This document shows positions 1-10,490 of a stretch of DNA of 64,000 bases, piece by piece; position 1 is the first letter of the stretch, and every line of letters begins with the position of its first letter. Below the pieces are notes generated by a model that worked only from the letters and a program-made list of their open reading frames with translations, did not search any database and was not told the DNA's origin. Both the position numbers and the translations under genes were made by a program. This DNA is from an uncultured Gemmatimonadaceae bacterium. Lineage in GTDB: Bacteria > Gemmatimonadota > Gemmatimonadetes > Gemmatimonadales > Gemmatimonadaceae. The stretch spans positions 32,001 to 96,000 of the forward strand of contig CAWAGQ010000014.1 in NCBI GenBank assembly GCA_963781585.1, in the 5' to 3' direction.

Positions 1-491
1 CCGCCTGAGAGCTGGGACGGATAGTGCTTCATGCGGTGCGACATCCCGACGCGTTCGAGCGCTTCGGTCACCCGCTTCTTGCGCTCGGACGACGACATCC
101 CGCGGTAGGTAAGCGGAAGCTCGACGTTCTCGTAGACGGTGAGATCGCCGATCAGGTTGAAGGCCTGGAAGATGAATCCGATCTGCCGATTGCGGATCCG
201 GGCGCGGTCGGCGGCCGAGAGGTTGGAGACGTCTTCGCTGCTGAGCGAGTACTTCCCGTCGGTCGGCGTGTCCAGCAATCCGAGGATCGACAGCAGCGTC
301 GTCTTCCCGCACCCCGACGGTCCGGCGATGGCGATGTACTCGCCGGGGCGGATCTCGAGGTGCACGTCGGCAAGCGCGTGCGTCTCCACCTCGTCGGTGT
401 AGAAGATCTTCTTGATCCCTTCCATCCGGATAAGTGGCTCGGCCAGTGTCGCGGAGGAACTCGAGGAGAGGAAGTCGCTGGGGCTGGTCAT
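1..491 (-). CDS. ABC transporter ATP-binding protein (MacB/LolD-like), 3' end outside window
   Basis: Not in ORF track. Manual translation from ATG at 491: MTSPSDF...IRMEGIKKIFYTDEVETHAL...GPSGCGKT (Walker A)...GFIFQAFNL (Q-loop)...HYPSQLSG. Follows the adaptor gene on the same strand. Confidence 0.92.
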   Translation of the reverse strand, partial: MTSPSDFLSSSSSATLAEPLIRMEGIKKIFYTDEVETHALADVHLEIRPGEYIAIAGPSGCGKTTLLSILGLLDTPTDGKYSLSSEDVSNLSAADRARIRNRQIGFIFQAFNLIGDLTVYENVELPLTYRGMSSSERKKRVTEALERVGMSHRMKHYPSQLSG

Positions 492-601
492 GGTTCGATG
501 CTCGTAGGTCGAGGGACGGAAACGGTCAGGGATCCAGTGCTATCGAATTGGTCTCGTCTTTGGTCCGGGCGTTCGCGCTGCGATCCCCGACCTCCGACCC
601 A

Positions 602-1846
602 TCAGTTGATTCTCACCTTGTTCGAATTGTCGAAGGGCGACATGTCGGAGATGATCACCTTGTCGCCCGGCTGCAGGCCCGCGACGACCTCGATCTGATT
701 CACCGACGCCTTGCCGAGCTGCACGTTCGTGCGAATGGCGGTCTTGCCGTCGGATTCCAGCTTGAACAGCCCGACTGTACTCTCCGCCTGACCGTAGGCC
801 GGCCGGCCAACGTACATCACGTTCGCGAGTCGGTCGATCTCGATGGTGCCGTCCACGGTCAGGTCGGCGCGGGCGCCAGGAGGCATGTCCCCTTCGAGCG
901 CCACGTCCACCGCCACCGTCCCGGCGTTCGACACCGGGTCGACGCGAATCACGTGACCCGGGATGATCGCCGGACGCGTGTCCACATCCACCCTCTGCCC
1001 CACCACCACGTCCTTGGCCTGCGTGTCGGGAACGTGCAGCACCGCCTTGAAGCGTCCCGGCTGCGCCACCCGCGCCAGCTCCTGACCGGGCACCACCCAT
1101 TGTCCGTCCTCGAGACTGAGCGTCTGGAGCACCCCGTCGAGACCAGCGGTCACGTGCAGCGACGCGAGGCGCTCCTGGTGGAAGGCCGCCACCGCCTTGA
1201 GCCGGTCGACGTTGGCCGCGGCCATCTTGAGCTGTTCGCCGGCGGCGGTGGTCATGCCGTCCAGCCGCCGCTGCTCGATGTCGAGCCGCGTGCTCAACTC
1301 GTCGGCGGTCTCCCGCGCGCTCTTCGCCTCGTTAGGCGACGTGAGGTGTTTGGGCAGCAGGCTGTCCTGCAGCGCTACGTTGCGCAGGGCAGCGCTGTAC
1401 TGCGTCTTCAGCGTGGCGATGGCGCCTTCCTGCGCGAGGCGGTTCGACTCGAGGTTGGTGCGGAGCGTGACCTGATCCTGTTCGGCCTGGGTCACGTTGC
1501 GCTGGGCCTCGAGCATCTGCAGTTGCTCGTCGGGATTGCTCAGTTCCAGGATGACCGTCGACTTCGTCACCTGCGATCCCGGGCGCAGCGGACGCGCCTC
1601 GACACGCCCGGCGGTTACCGCGGCGACGTAGCGCATGTTCTCCGAGACCAGGGTACCCGAGGCACGCACCTGTCTGATCAGCTCTCCCCGACGCACGGAA
1701 TCGATGATGACCTCGCCGCGAGCGACACTGGGAGGACGCGCTTCCAGTCTGCTCAACGCGACCGTGACTCCCGTGGCGGCTACGATCGCGCCCGCGATGA
1801 GGATGTTTCGCTTGGTTTTCTTGGGTGGTGCTCGCTTGACGTCCAC
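602..1846 (-). CDS. Efflux periplasmic adaptor subunit (HlyD/MacA family)
   Basis: N-terminal TM anchor, lipoyl-like halves (GRVEARPLRPGSQV; GVLQTLSLEDGQWV), long coiled coil, C-terminal GLQPGDKVI. Confidence 0.9.
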   Translation of the reverse strand: MDVKRAPPKKTKRNILIAGAIVAATGVTVALSRLEARPPSVARGEVIIDSVRRGELIRQVRASGTLVSENMRYVAAVTAGRVEARPLRPGSQVTKSTVILELSNPDEQLQMLEAQRNVTQAEQDQVTLRTNLESNRLAQEGAIATLKTQYSAALRNVALQDSLLPKHLTSPNEAKSARETADELSTRLDIEQRRLDGMTTAAGEQLKMAAANVDRLKAVAAFHQERLASLHVTAGLDGVLQTLSLEDGQWVVPGQELARVAQPGRFKAVLHVPDTQAKDVVVGQRVDVDTRPAIIPGHVIRVDPVSNAGTVAVDVALEGDMPPGARADLTVDGTIEIDRLANVMYVGRPAYGQAESTVGLFKLESDGKTAIRTNVQLGKASVNQIEVVAGLQPGDKVIISDMSPFDNSNKVRIN

Positions 1847-2065
1847 GCGGACAGACCTTTCAACCGGGGTGAGACACTCTTTCTACGGCATAGCGTTGGC
1901 ACCATGTTTCAATGAAAGGATTGTGCCCTCGCGTTGATTCGTCGCAACGCGTTGTCGCGCATTGTGTTGGGCGGCCTCATGAGATGCCTGACCGGCACAT
2001 GGCTGTGCGCCGGTGGGACTCGACGTCCCGGAACCGGACAGCGCCCTGGGGACCTCGGCTGTGAC

Positions 2066-2749
2066 CTATCGCCCTTTCCCCGCCGTGTCCACCGCGGCGA
2101 GCAGACGCCGAGCGCCCAGCCAGTGGCGCGTGTACCACGACCCGCGCTCGCCGATAATCGACTCCACCACCTGGCGTCGGGTGGTGCTGGCGTGCACGAA
2201 GTGTCCGTCACCCACGTAGATGCCAACGTGCGTCACCCCCTTCCCGGCGCCGAACGTCAGCAGATCCCCGGGGCGCAGCCGGGAGGTGTCGCGCTCGACC
2301 GCGCGCCCCACCAACGACTGGCTTCTCGCCGTGCGTGGCACGTCGAGGCGCAACAGCGACAGGACGAACCGAACGAGCCCGCTGCAATCGAAGCCGCGCG
2401 CGGGACTCTCGGCCCCCCACCGATAGTGTATTCCCAGCTGGGCGCGAACCAGCGTGACGATGGAATCCTGCAGTTCTTCCGCGTCCAGCGACTCGCCCGG
2501 CGCAGCAGCCGAGTCCGCGGCGGCAGCGGCGATCGCGACTGCCGCGCGGGAGCCCGCCACGATCGGCAGCGAACCAACAACCGAGTGGAGCCTGGCCGAA
2601 GCGGAGTCACGGAGTCGCTCAGCCGATGCGCTGAAGGCTTCGAACGGTTTTCGTCGCGCCAATCCGCTCGATGGCGAGAACTGTCCGGCGACCATCGAGG
2701 GTCCGGCCAGCATGAGCGAGGCGGCAACAACGAGGACGCGACGCAGCAA
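2066..2749 (-). CDS. NlpC/P60 (C40) cell-wall peptidase, secreted
   Basis: Signal peptide; YRWG, FDCSGL, PGDLL, HVGIY, FVHAS motifs. Confidence 0.92.
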   Translation of the reverse strand: MLRRVLVVAASLMLAGPSMVAGQFSPSSGLARRKPFEAFSASAERLRDSASARLHSVVGSLPIVAGSRAAVAIAAAAADSAAAPGESLDAEELQDSIVTLVRAQLGIHYRWGAESPARGFDCSGLVRFVLSLLRLDVPRTARSQSLVGRAVERDTSRLRPGDLLTFGAGKGVTHVGIYVGDGHFVHASTTRRQVVESIIGERGSWYTRHWLGARRLLAAVDTAGKGR

Positions 2750-2942
2750 GAAGTGTCGTTTCGCTATCGGTGGGTCGACCCCGGCGCATGCCGGACGATC
2801 GAGGCGAGCACGACTGAACTGCGCTTCAAGCTACGCGGACCCGCGTTCCGCGGTAGGGGTCGCCCCCGGGGGGCACGCCACGCTGGTGCCGATCTCGCTC
2901 CTGATTGCAACCATCACGTGCCGATATGTTGTCTCATGATAT

Positions 2943-3287
2943 ATGATCCTCGACTTCTTCGGGCGCGAAGTGAAGCGCGGCAGTGCGGAACTGCTCATCC
3001 TGGCGCTACTCGAACACGAGCCGCGTCACGGATATGAGATCGCGAAGCTCATCGAGCGGCGCTCTCGAGGCGCGATCTCGTTTCATCTGGGCTCACTCTA
3101 TCCGTCGCTCTACCGCCTCGAGGGGCGCGGCCTGATCGAGGGACGGTGGGTGGAGCGCGCAGGTGAACGACGACGTCGCTACTACCGGATTTCCGCCGAG
3201 GGCCGACGCGCTCTCGCCGAGCAGCGCAGCCGCTGGCGTGAATTCATCGACGGCCTGGAGCGGGCCGCCGGTCTCCGGCCCGCCTGA
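2943..3287 (+). CDS. PadR family transcriptional regulator
   Basis: LLILALL..PRHGYEI, GSLYPSLYRLE, RRRYYRIS; TGATG overlap with the next gene. Confidence 0.93.
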   Translation: MILDFFGREVKRGSAELLILALLEHEPRHGYEIAKLIERRSRGAISFHLGSLYPSLYRLEGRGLIEGRWVERAGERRRRYYRISAEGRRALAEQRSRWREFIDGLERAAGLRPA

Positions 3288-6043
3288 TGACAGTGGATTG
3301 GCGCGGTCAGGTCAGAGCGGTACTCCGGGACATCACCGGCGACCCGGCTCGCGATGAGGAGATCGTCGAGGAGCTCGCCGAGTATCTGGCCGAGCGGTAC
3401 GCCGAACACGTGGCGTCGGGAGCGACCCCGACCGACGCGCTCGCGCGGACCACCGCGGAACTCCGGGAAAACGAACGCCTGTCGCCTGCCTTGCGGCGCG
3501 CCGATCGGCCCAGGTCGGTCCATCCGATTCCACCACCGCAAACGGAGGAAAAATCCGTGTTCAGGGACTTCCGGCAGGACATCGGATACGCCGCCCGCCT
3601 GTTGTGGCGCAGCAAGGGGTTCACAATCGCGGCCGTGCTCACCCTTGGGCTGGGAATCGGCGCCACCACCGCGATCGTGAGCGTGGTGGATCGCGTTCTC
3701 CTGCGTCCCACGCCACTGGCCGACCCCGGCCGGTTGATGATGGTGTGGGAAACGGACCGGAACAGCGGCACGACGCGCGAGCCGTCGTCGCTCCCCGACT
3801 ACCTGGACTTCGTGAACCGAAGCCGACAGTTCGCCAGCCTGGCGGCGTTCATGGGAGGGGAGGCTACCCTCTCGCCTAACGATGGAGATCCGATGCGGCT
3901 GGCGGGTCTGGCCGTGACGCACGGTTTCCTCTCCACGCTGGGCATCCGGCCGCTGGTCGGACGGGCGTTCTCGCCGGACGAAGACCGGCCCGGCGGGCCG
4001 GCGGTGGTGCTGATCAGCGAGGGGCTCTGGGAGCGTCTGTTTCAGCGACGCCCCGATGTGATAGGTCAGACGATCCGGATCAACGACCGCGATCAGACCG
4101 TCGTCGGGGTCATGGCGCGCGACGCGGACTTCGGCGTGATGCAGGTATTGGGTGAAGCGGCCTACAGTCGCGCGTTCGCGGACCGCGACCTGCGAAGTCG
4201 CGTGGATGTCTGGATACCGCTGGCGGGCGATCCCGCGAGCCTGCCGAGGGAGACGCATCCCATCTTCGTGATCGGCCGCCTCGCGTCCGGAGCCACACGG
4301 ACCACCGCTCAGAGTGAGATGACCGCGATCGCGGCCGATCTGGAGCGCGCGTACCCCTCGAATCGGGCACGGGGCGCCTTCATCGAGCCGGTCCCCGACG
4401 TCGTCTTCGGTCGGGTACGCCCGGCGCTCCGCGTGCTGCTCGCCGCGGTCGCTGCCGTGCTGCTCATCGCCTGTGTCAACGTGGCCAACCTGCTGCTCGC
4501 CCGCGGCACCGTGCGAGCCAGAGAAGTCGCGCTGCGAACCGCACTCGGTGCCGCCACGTCAAGACTGCTGCGGCAATTCGTCGCCGAGAGCCTGGTGCTC
4601 ACGCTCGTCGCGGTGCTGCTTGGCGTGGCGCTGGCCGCAGCGGGCCTGCGCGCACTGCTGACCCTGGCGCCAGCCGACATTCCCCGCCTGACGTCGGTGG
4701 CGATTGACCTGCGCGTCTTCGGCATCGCACTCGCGATCGCGGTCGTGACCGGACTGGTGTTCGGCCTCGTGCCCGTGTGGCAGGCACGGCGGCTCGACGT
4801 TCAGGGTGCCCTCAAGTCCGACGACGACCGCGGCGCTTCCGCGGGGCGCGGCGGCGCCGCGGTGCGTTCTTCGCTGGTGGTGGGAGAAATCGCGTTGTCG
4901 GTTGTGCTGGTGATTGCCACCGGACTGCTGATCAAGAGTTTCTGGCGGGTCGAGCACGTGGACGCCGGCTTCGATGCCCGGCAGGTTGTGAAGGCGGAGT
5001 TCCAGCTGCCACCCAGCCGCTATCCCGCGGAGATGCGTCTGTGGCCCAATTTCGTGGCGGCGCGCCAGTTCAATGACGAACTCCTGAGACGCGTGCGGTC
5101 GCTGCCGGGAGTCGAGACAGCGGCCATCGCCGGCAACCATCCGCTCGACGCCGGCTTCACGAATTCCTTCCAGCTGGTGGGACGCGAGAGCGAGGCGCGA
5201 GACTGGCCGGAGATCTCGGTGCGACGGATGACGCCCGACTACTTCAGCACGGTGCGGCTCGCCCTGCGCCGGGGGCGACTGTTTGCTGATCGCGACAACG
5301 CCGAGGCTCCCCCGGTTGCCGTCATCAACGAGGCCGCTTCACGACGGTTCTTCGCGGGGAGGGAGGCGCTGGGGCAGCAGATCCGCTTCTGGGGATTCAC
5401 GCGAGCCATCATCGGCGTGGTGGCGGACGAGCGCTTTCACGGGCTGACCACCGCGAGCCCGCCTGCCGTCTACATTCCGCTGGCCCAGGCTCCATCGATC
5501 GACGGATCCGAAGTGCTGCTGGTGCGAGGGGCCACCCCTCCGGCCTCGCTCGAAGCCGCCGTCCGCGAGTCGATCACGGCGATCGATCCTCAGCTGGCGG
5601 TGTTCGGGATGGAGGCGCTCGAGGCCACAGTCTCTGAATCCATCGGACAGCGGCGCTTTCTTGTGCTGCTGCTGGCGGTCTTCGCCGCGCTCGCGCTGGC
5701 CCTGGCTGCGATCGGGATTCATGGGGTACTCAGCTACGCCGTCGCAAACCGGCGTCGCGAGATCGGCATCCGGATGGCGTTAGGCGCATCGCCGGACCGG
5801 GTCACGCGTCTGGTGCTCGGCCAGGGCCTGCGGCTCACCATCGTGGGGGTCACGATCGGGCTGGCCGGCACCCTGGCCGTGCGGCGACTGTTCGTCGCGC
5901 TCCTGTTCGACGTCGCGGCGACCGATGTGGCGACCATCGCAATCACACTCCCGGTGCTGACCGGGGTGGCATTGCTGGCGGCCTACGTGCCGGCACGGCG
6001 CGCCGTGCGGGTTGACCCCCTGGCGTCGCTCCGGCAGGAGTGA
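3287..6043 (+). CDS. ADOP-type duplicated ABC permease (MacB-PCD/FtsX x2) with N-terminal prefix domain
   Basis: QDIGYAARLL..KGFT..AVLTLGLGIGA, LLIACVNVANLLLAR, REIGIRMALGA, terminal PARRAVRVDP; EEIVEELAEYL prefix. Confidence 0.92.
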   Translation: MTVDWRGQVRAVLRDITGDPARDEEIVEELAEYLAERYAEHVASGATPTDALARTTAELRENERLSPALRRADRPRSVHPIPPPQTEEKSVFRDFRQDIGYAARLLWRSKGFTIAAVLTLGLGIGATTAIVSVVDRVLLRPTPLADPGRLMMVWETDRNSGTTREPSSLPDYLDFVNRSRQFASLAAFMGGEATLSPNDGDPMRLAGLAVTHGFLSTLGIRPLVGRAFSPDEDRPGGPAVVLISEGLWERLFQRRPDVIGQTIRINDRDQTVVGVMARDADFGVMQVLGEAAYSRAFADRDLRSRVDVWIPLAGDPASLPRETHPIFVIGRLASGATRTTAQSEMTAIAADLERAYPSNRARGAFIEPVPDVVFGRVRPALRVLLAAVAAVLLIACVNVANLLLARGTVRAREVALRTALGAATSRLLRQFVAESLVLTLVAVLLGVALAAAGLRALLTLAPADIPRLTSVAIDLRVFGIALAIAVVTGLVFGLVPVWQARRLDVQGALKSDDDRGASAGRGGAAVRSSLVVGEIALSVVLVIATGLLIKSFWRVEHVDAGFDARQVVKAEFQLPPSRYPAEMRLWPNFVAARQFNDELLRRVRSLPGVETAAIAGNHPLDAGFTNSFQLVGRESEARDWPEISVRRMTPDYFSTVRLALRRGRLFADRDNAEAPPVAVINEAASRRFFAGREALGQQIRFWGFTRAIIGVVADERFHGLTTASPPAVYIPLAQAPSIDGSEVLLVRGATPPASLEAAVRESITAIDPQLAVFGMEALEATVSESIGQRRFLVLLLAVFAALALALAAIGIHGVLSYAVANRRREIGIRMALGASPDRVTRLVLGQGLRLTIVGVTIGLAGTLAVRRLFVALLFDVAATDVATIAITLPVLTGVALLAAYVPARRAVRVDPLASLRQE

Positions 6044-6245
6044 GGGGACACACGCCGGGGGTCAGTCGCCAAGGGTCAAAGGCCAAGTGGCCGGGCAACC
6101 CGTTCCGAGGTTAGAGCCTGCTCATACAGGAAGGAATTCCCCCTCAAGCCGGCGCGGACCCCAGTCGAGACTCTGTTGAGAGGTTGCGGAAGCGCCCGTC
6201 GGGCGCTGTGTTGCCGCGCCGCCGGCCGTCAACAAACAGGGTCTC

Positions 6246-7070
6246 GTGAACCGACAGATACTCAGTACCGTCGCAGCAGCAGTCAGTGGGTTGTTCTGCA
6301 TGGCGGGCGCCGCGCAGGCGCAAGTCGACCTCGCGGTCGATGCCGGCGTGTCGAACGCCTACGTGTGGCGCGGGGTCACGTCGACCAATCGACCCGTGAT
6401 TCAGGCCGAGGCGATGGCCAGTGCACCGGTCGCCGGCGGATCGCTGCAGCTCGGCGCCTGGACGAACATCGAACCGCGGCGCTACAACGGCGTTGGTGAC
6501 ATCAGCTCGGTCTACGGCCGCCTCTCGTCCCCCGCGTTCACACAATACAGCGCGTGGCTGGAGCTGTCGCACGATGTGGCGGGCGCCACGCTGGTGGGCG
6601 GAACCACGGCGTATCTGTATCCGGCGGTAGCGGACCTGGCTTCGACGTACAATACCGTCGAGGCGTACGCATCGCTGGAGCTTCCTTTCCCGCTGGCGCC
6701 GAAGGTCGCGATCTACCAGGATCTGGTGGCGGTACGCGGGACCTACTTCGAGGGATCGTTCTCCGGCGATATCGCGCTTCACGGCGGCCATGCGCTCAGC
6801 GTCGGTGTGCTGGCCGCGGCGAGTCTGGCTCAGGGGCCTGATGCGAACGGCCGCGACGCCACCTACTTCGACCGCAACGGGATGACGCACCTGGACTTCT
6901 CGCTGTCGACGGACCTGCGCATTGGTGGGCTGTCGCTCACGCCCGAAGCGCACCTGATTCGCGGATTCGATCCTGAGACACGAATCACGGCGCCCGACGC
7001 CAACCGCGCCATCAAGGTCTGGGCCGGTGCCACGCTGCACTGGACCCACCGACTGGGTGTGTCACACTGA
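6246..7070 (+). CDS. Exported outer-membrane beta-barrel protein (TorF/Gcw_chp-like)
   Basis: Signal peptide ending AQA; NAYVWRGV..RPVIQ..LGAW pattern; alternating beta strands; TGATG overlap with the GGDEF gene. Confidence 0.7.
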   Translation: MNRQILSTVAAAVSGLFCMAGAAQAQVDLAVDAGVSNAYVWRGVTSTNRPVIQAEAMASAPVAGGSLQLGAWTNIEPRRYNGVGDISSVYGRLSSPAFTQYSAWLELSHDVAGATLVGGTTAYLYPAVADLASTYNTVEAYASLELPFPLAPKVAIYQDLVAVRGTYFEGSFSGDIALHGGHALSVGVLAAASLAQGPDANGRDATYFDRNGMTHLDFSLSTDLRIGGLSLTPEAHLIRGFDPETRITAPDANRAIKVWAGATLHWTHRLGVSH

Positions 7071-9835
7071 TGACCGCGAAACCGGCGATGCGCACGCGCG
7101 CGGATGGCGCGATTCGCGAACTGCGGGCATGGCTGCGCGACACCAATGGCACGGTCGTGGTCGCGGTGGTTTCGGTGCTGGCGGCGTACCTGCTGTGGCT
7201 CGTACTCACCCCCCGCGGACCGCACCGCTCGCTCATCGCCAACGTGGCAAACGTGCCGCTCGACGTGGCGGCGGGCATCTCGGCGCTGCTGACGTCGCGG
7301 GCGCGATCACTGAACGCACGGACCCGGCAGGCCTGGTTGTGGTGTGCGCTGGCCTTCTTCGCCGACGGCACGGGAAACCTGGGGTGGCTCATCCAGGAGA
7401 ACATCCGGGCCGCGGTCCCGTCGCCCTCGTGGGCGGACATCGGCTATCTGGCGTTTTACCCGCTCTGCCTGTATGCGCTGCTGCGCTTCCCGCGGTGGCG
7501 CCGTGGCTGGGAAGAGTCGCTCAAGTTCTGGCTTGACGTGGGGATCGTGATGGTGGCGGGCGGCACGGTGATCTGGTACGTGCTGGTCGCACCCGCCCTC
7601 GAGTCGCCGTCGGCCGGGCTGCTGGACACCATCCTGTCTCTCGCCTATCCGTTAGGCGATCTGGTGCTGGTATTCGGGTGCGCGGTGGTGTTGATGCGGA
7701 GATCGCCGCCCGAGAGCAGGCTCCCGATCATGCTGCTGGGCGCTGGCGGACTGGCGTTGCTTCTTGCCGACCTCCTCTATGGGTGGGCGGAGATGCGGGG
7801 CAACGGCTACCACAGCGGAACGTGGATCGACATCTGGTTCCAGCTGTCAGGCTTCCTCTGGTTCGTCTCCGCGCAATACCAGCGCTGGCGCGCGCGGCGC
7901 CCGGCGCTGGCGACAGCCGGAAGTCAGGAAGCATCACCGGACGTCAGTCCGCTTCCCTACGTCGCCATCCCGACGGGGTATGCGGTCCTGTTGCTGGTGG
8001 CGCTGCCGCACTGGTCACGCACTCTGGCGGGGGTGGTGCTCGCTGTCCTGGCGCTCACCGCGCTGGTGGTGATGCGTCAATTCACCGCGGTACACGAGAA
8101 TCAGCGGCTGCTGGCCGAGCGCGCGGCACGGGAAGCGAGATTCCGTTCACTGGTGCAGAACTCGTCGGACGTGATCATCGTCATCGACGGCGCGGGCGTC
8201 ATCCAGTTCTGCAGCCCCGCGGTCACACGGGTGTTCGGCTGGGATTCCGACGCGCTCACCGGCAAGAAGGTGTTCGACGTGAGCCACGCCGACGACGAGA
8301 CGCTGCTGCGCAACTTCCTGGCGCAGGTGAGCGCCCACGAAGGTGCGACGGCCTCGGCGGTCTGGCGACTGCGTCATGCGGCCGGCGACTGGCGGTACGT
8401 CGAGACCGTCGCCACCTGTCTGCTCGAGGATCCCGCGGTGGGCGGCATCGTCATGAATACCAGAGACGTGTCCGAGCGCACCGCACTGGAGCAGGAGCTG
8501 ACGCACCAGGCGTATCACGACGCACTGACGGGTCTCGTGAACCGGGTGCGCTTCCGCTCTCAGGTGGAGCGCGCCCTGCAGCAGGCCGGAGCGGTTCAGG
8601 CGAGCGTGGCGGTACTGTTCCTCGACCTCGACAACTTCAAGACCGTGAACGACAGCCTCGGACACGCCGAAGGAGACCGGCTGCTCCGCGAAGTCGCGAC
8701 CCGGCTCCTCAGTGCCACGCGCGGATCCGACATCGTGGCGCGGCTGGGCGGCGATGAGTTCGCGCTGCTGCTGGAGAAAGTGACGTCCGATGAGCAGGCC
8801 GTGGTCGTGGCCGAGCGCATCATCTCCGGCCTGCGGCGTCCGTTCACGCTCGACGCCGCGGAGGTGAACGTCGGTGCCAGCATCGGGATCGCCCGCGGTC
8901 GAGAGGGGCAGGGGACAACCGAACTGCTGCGCAATGCCGACGTGGCGATGTACGTCGCGAAGCGCCATCGCACCGGGCGCTACATGATCTTCGAGCCCGA
9001 GATGCACTCGGAGATTCGCGACCGGATGGCCCTCGAGGCGGATCTGCGCCACGCGGTCGAGCGGGCGGAGTTCACGGTGGAGTACCAGCCAATTGTGAAC
9101 CTGGGCACGGGCGAGATCGCGGGAGCCGAAGCGCTGGTGCGCTGGCAGCATCCGACGCGGGGAGCAATCTCGCCGGCCGAATTCATCCCGATCGCGGAGG
9201 ACAGCGGACTGATCATCCCACTGGGCCGCATCGTCCTGACGATGGCGTGCCGCGATGCGGCACGCTGGGTGGCGAGCGATTCGCGGCCGTTCAGCCTCAC
9301 GGTGAACATCTCCGGCAAGCAGTTGCAGTCGTCGCTGGCCGACGATCTGGCGCTCGCGCTCGACGACTCCGGCCTGCCAGCGGCGTCGCTGCTCCTCGAG
9401 ATCACCGAGAGCGTGGTCATGCGGAACACCGAGAGCATGCTGGCCAAGCTGCACGCGTTGAAGGGCCTTGGCGTGCAGCTGGCGATCGACGACTTCGGGA
9501 CGGGATACTCGTCGCTGGCGTATCTGCAACGCTTCCCGATCGACGTGCTCAAGATCGACAAGACGTTCGTGGACCACATGGGGAGCGACGACAGCGGCGG
9601 GTCGCTGTCGCGCACGGTCGTGGCGCTGGGGAACGCGCTGGGGCTGCGCACGGTGGCCGAAGGGGTCGAGCGGGTGGAGCAGGTGGCCGCGCTGCGCGCG
9701 ATCGGGTGCGACTACGCGCAAGGGTATTACTTCTCGGTTCCGGTGCGCGCGGCCGAGATGGACGCGCTGCTGACGGCGAACCGCAGTCGGAGTCCCGCCG
9801 CGCGGAAGCTGGCGATGTCGGCCGAGGCCGCCTGA
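7070..9835 (+). CDS. Membrane-bound PAS-GGDEF-EAL diguanylate cyclase/phosphodiesterase
   Basis: About 9 TM segments, PAS (FRSLVQNSSD), HDALTGL, RxxD I-site (RGSD) plus GGDEF, EAL (AEALVRW), DDFGTGYSS. Confidence 0.95.
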   Translation: MTAKPAMRTRADGAIRELRAWLRDTNGTVVVAVVSVLAAYLLWLVLTPRGPHRSLIANVANVPLDVAAGISALLTSRARSLNARTRQAWLWCALAFFADGTGNLGWLIQENIRAAVPSPSWADIGYLAFYPLCLYALLRFPRWRRGWEESLKFWLDVGIVMVAGGTVIWYVLVAPALESPSAGLLDTILSLAYPLGDLVLVFGCAVVLMRRSPPESRLPIMLLGAGGLALLLADLLYGWAEMRGNGYHSGTWIDIWFQLSGFLWFVSAQYQRWRARRPALATAGSQEASPDVSPLPYVAIPTGYAVLLLVALPHWSRTLAGVVLAVLALTALVVMRQFTAVHENQRLLAERAAREARFRSLVQNSSDVIIVIDGAGVIQFCSPAVTRVFGWDSDALTGKKVFDVSHADDETLLRNFLAQVSAHEGATASAVWRLRHAAGDWRYVETVATCLLEDPAVGGIVMNTRDVSERTALEQELTHQAYHDALTGLVNRVRFRSQVERALQQAGAVQASVAVLFLDLDNFKTVNDSLGHAEGDRLLREVATRLLSATRGSDIVARLGGDEFALLLEKVTSDEQAVVVAERIISGLRRPFTLDAAEVNVGASIGIARGREGQGTTELLRNADVAMYVAKRHRTGRYMIFEPEMHSEIRDRMALEADLRHAVERAEFTVEYQPIVNLGTGEIAGAEALVRWQHPTRGAISPAEFIPIAEDSGLIIPLGRIVLTMACRDAARWVASDSRPFSLTVNISGKQLQSSLADDLALALDDSGLPAASLLLEITESVVMRNTESMLAKLHALKGLGVQLAIDDFGTGYSSLAYLQRFPIDVLKIDKTFVDHMGSDDSGGSLSRTVVALGNALGLRTVAEGVERVEQVAALRAIGCDYAQGYYFSVPVRAAEMDALLTANRSRSPAARKLAMSAEAA

Positions 9836-9845
9836 CGCGTACCGC

Positions 9846-10490
9846 CTAACGGGATTCCGCGCGGCAGGCCACGAGCACGCCGTCCCGGATCGGCACGATC
9901 GACGAGATCCAGCGCGGGCGGTTCGTCACCAGCGCCGTGAAGTCCCGCACCCCCCGGGTCGCTGCTGACGTGTCGGCGTCATCGAAGACGCGACCGCTCC
10001 ACAGCAGATTATCGACCAGCAGGAGACCGCCGGTGCGCAGCTTCTGCTCGATCACCGGGAGCGACGCGGGGTAGCCCTCCTTGTTGATGTCATTGAAGAT
10101 CACGTCGAAGCTTCCTGACGACGCGCCCAGCGCGGCCACCGCCTCGCTCACCTGGAAAGTGACCTGATCGGCGAGGCCGAGGCGGCCCAGGTAGTCGCGT
10201 GCCTTGGCCGAGAGGGTCTCGTCCCAGACCACATGGTGGACCTTTCCTCCACCATTCTCCTTCACCGCCCGGGCGAACCAGGCCGTGGAGTAGCCGAAGC
10301 CCGATCCCATCTCGAACACCTGGCGGGCGCCCGTCATCCGCGTGAGCAGATAGCACAGGTGACCAGAGGCGGGTCCGATGATCGGAAAATCCGTGGCCGC
10401 CGCCTCGGCCTCCATTTCGGCGAGCACGGCATGGCGAGGCGGAACAAGGCGGTCGAGGTACGACGCGACCTGAGGGGCGATGAGGTCCAT
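9846..10490 (-). CDS. SAM-dependent O-methyltransferase (Methyltransf_3 / caffeoyl-CoA OMT-like)
   Basis: Start reset to MDLIAPQV; VFEMGSGFGYST, FDVIFND, GGLLLVDNLLWSG. Confidence 0.9.
   Translation of the reverse strand: MDLIAPQVASYLDRLVPPRHAVLAEMEAEAAATDFPIIGPASGHLCYLLTRMTGARQVFEMGSGFGYSTAWFARAVKENGGGKVHHVVWDETLSAKARDYLGRLGLADQVTFQVSEAVAALGASSGSFDVIFNDINKEGYPASLPVIEQKLRTGGLLLVDNLLWSGRVFDDADTSAATRGVRDFTALVTNRPRWISSIVPIRDGVLVACRAESR

Noticed and set aside
1884..1930. Sigma54 promoter for the efflux adaptor operon
   Set aside because: The best GG-N10-GC match is on the wrong strand; the minus-strand candidate lacks the -12 GC.
6044..6245. Canonical c-di-GMP-I riboswitch upstream of the GGDEF-EAL operon
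   Set aside because: The GGCAAA...GACGCAAA GEMM consensus is not present.
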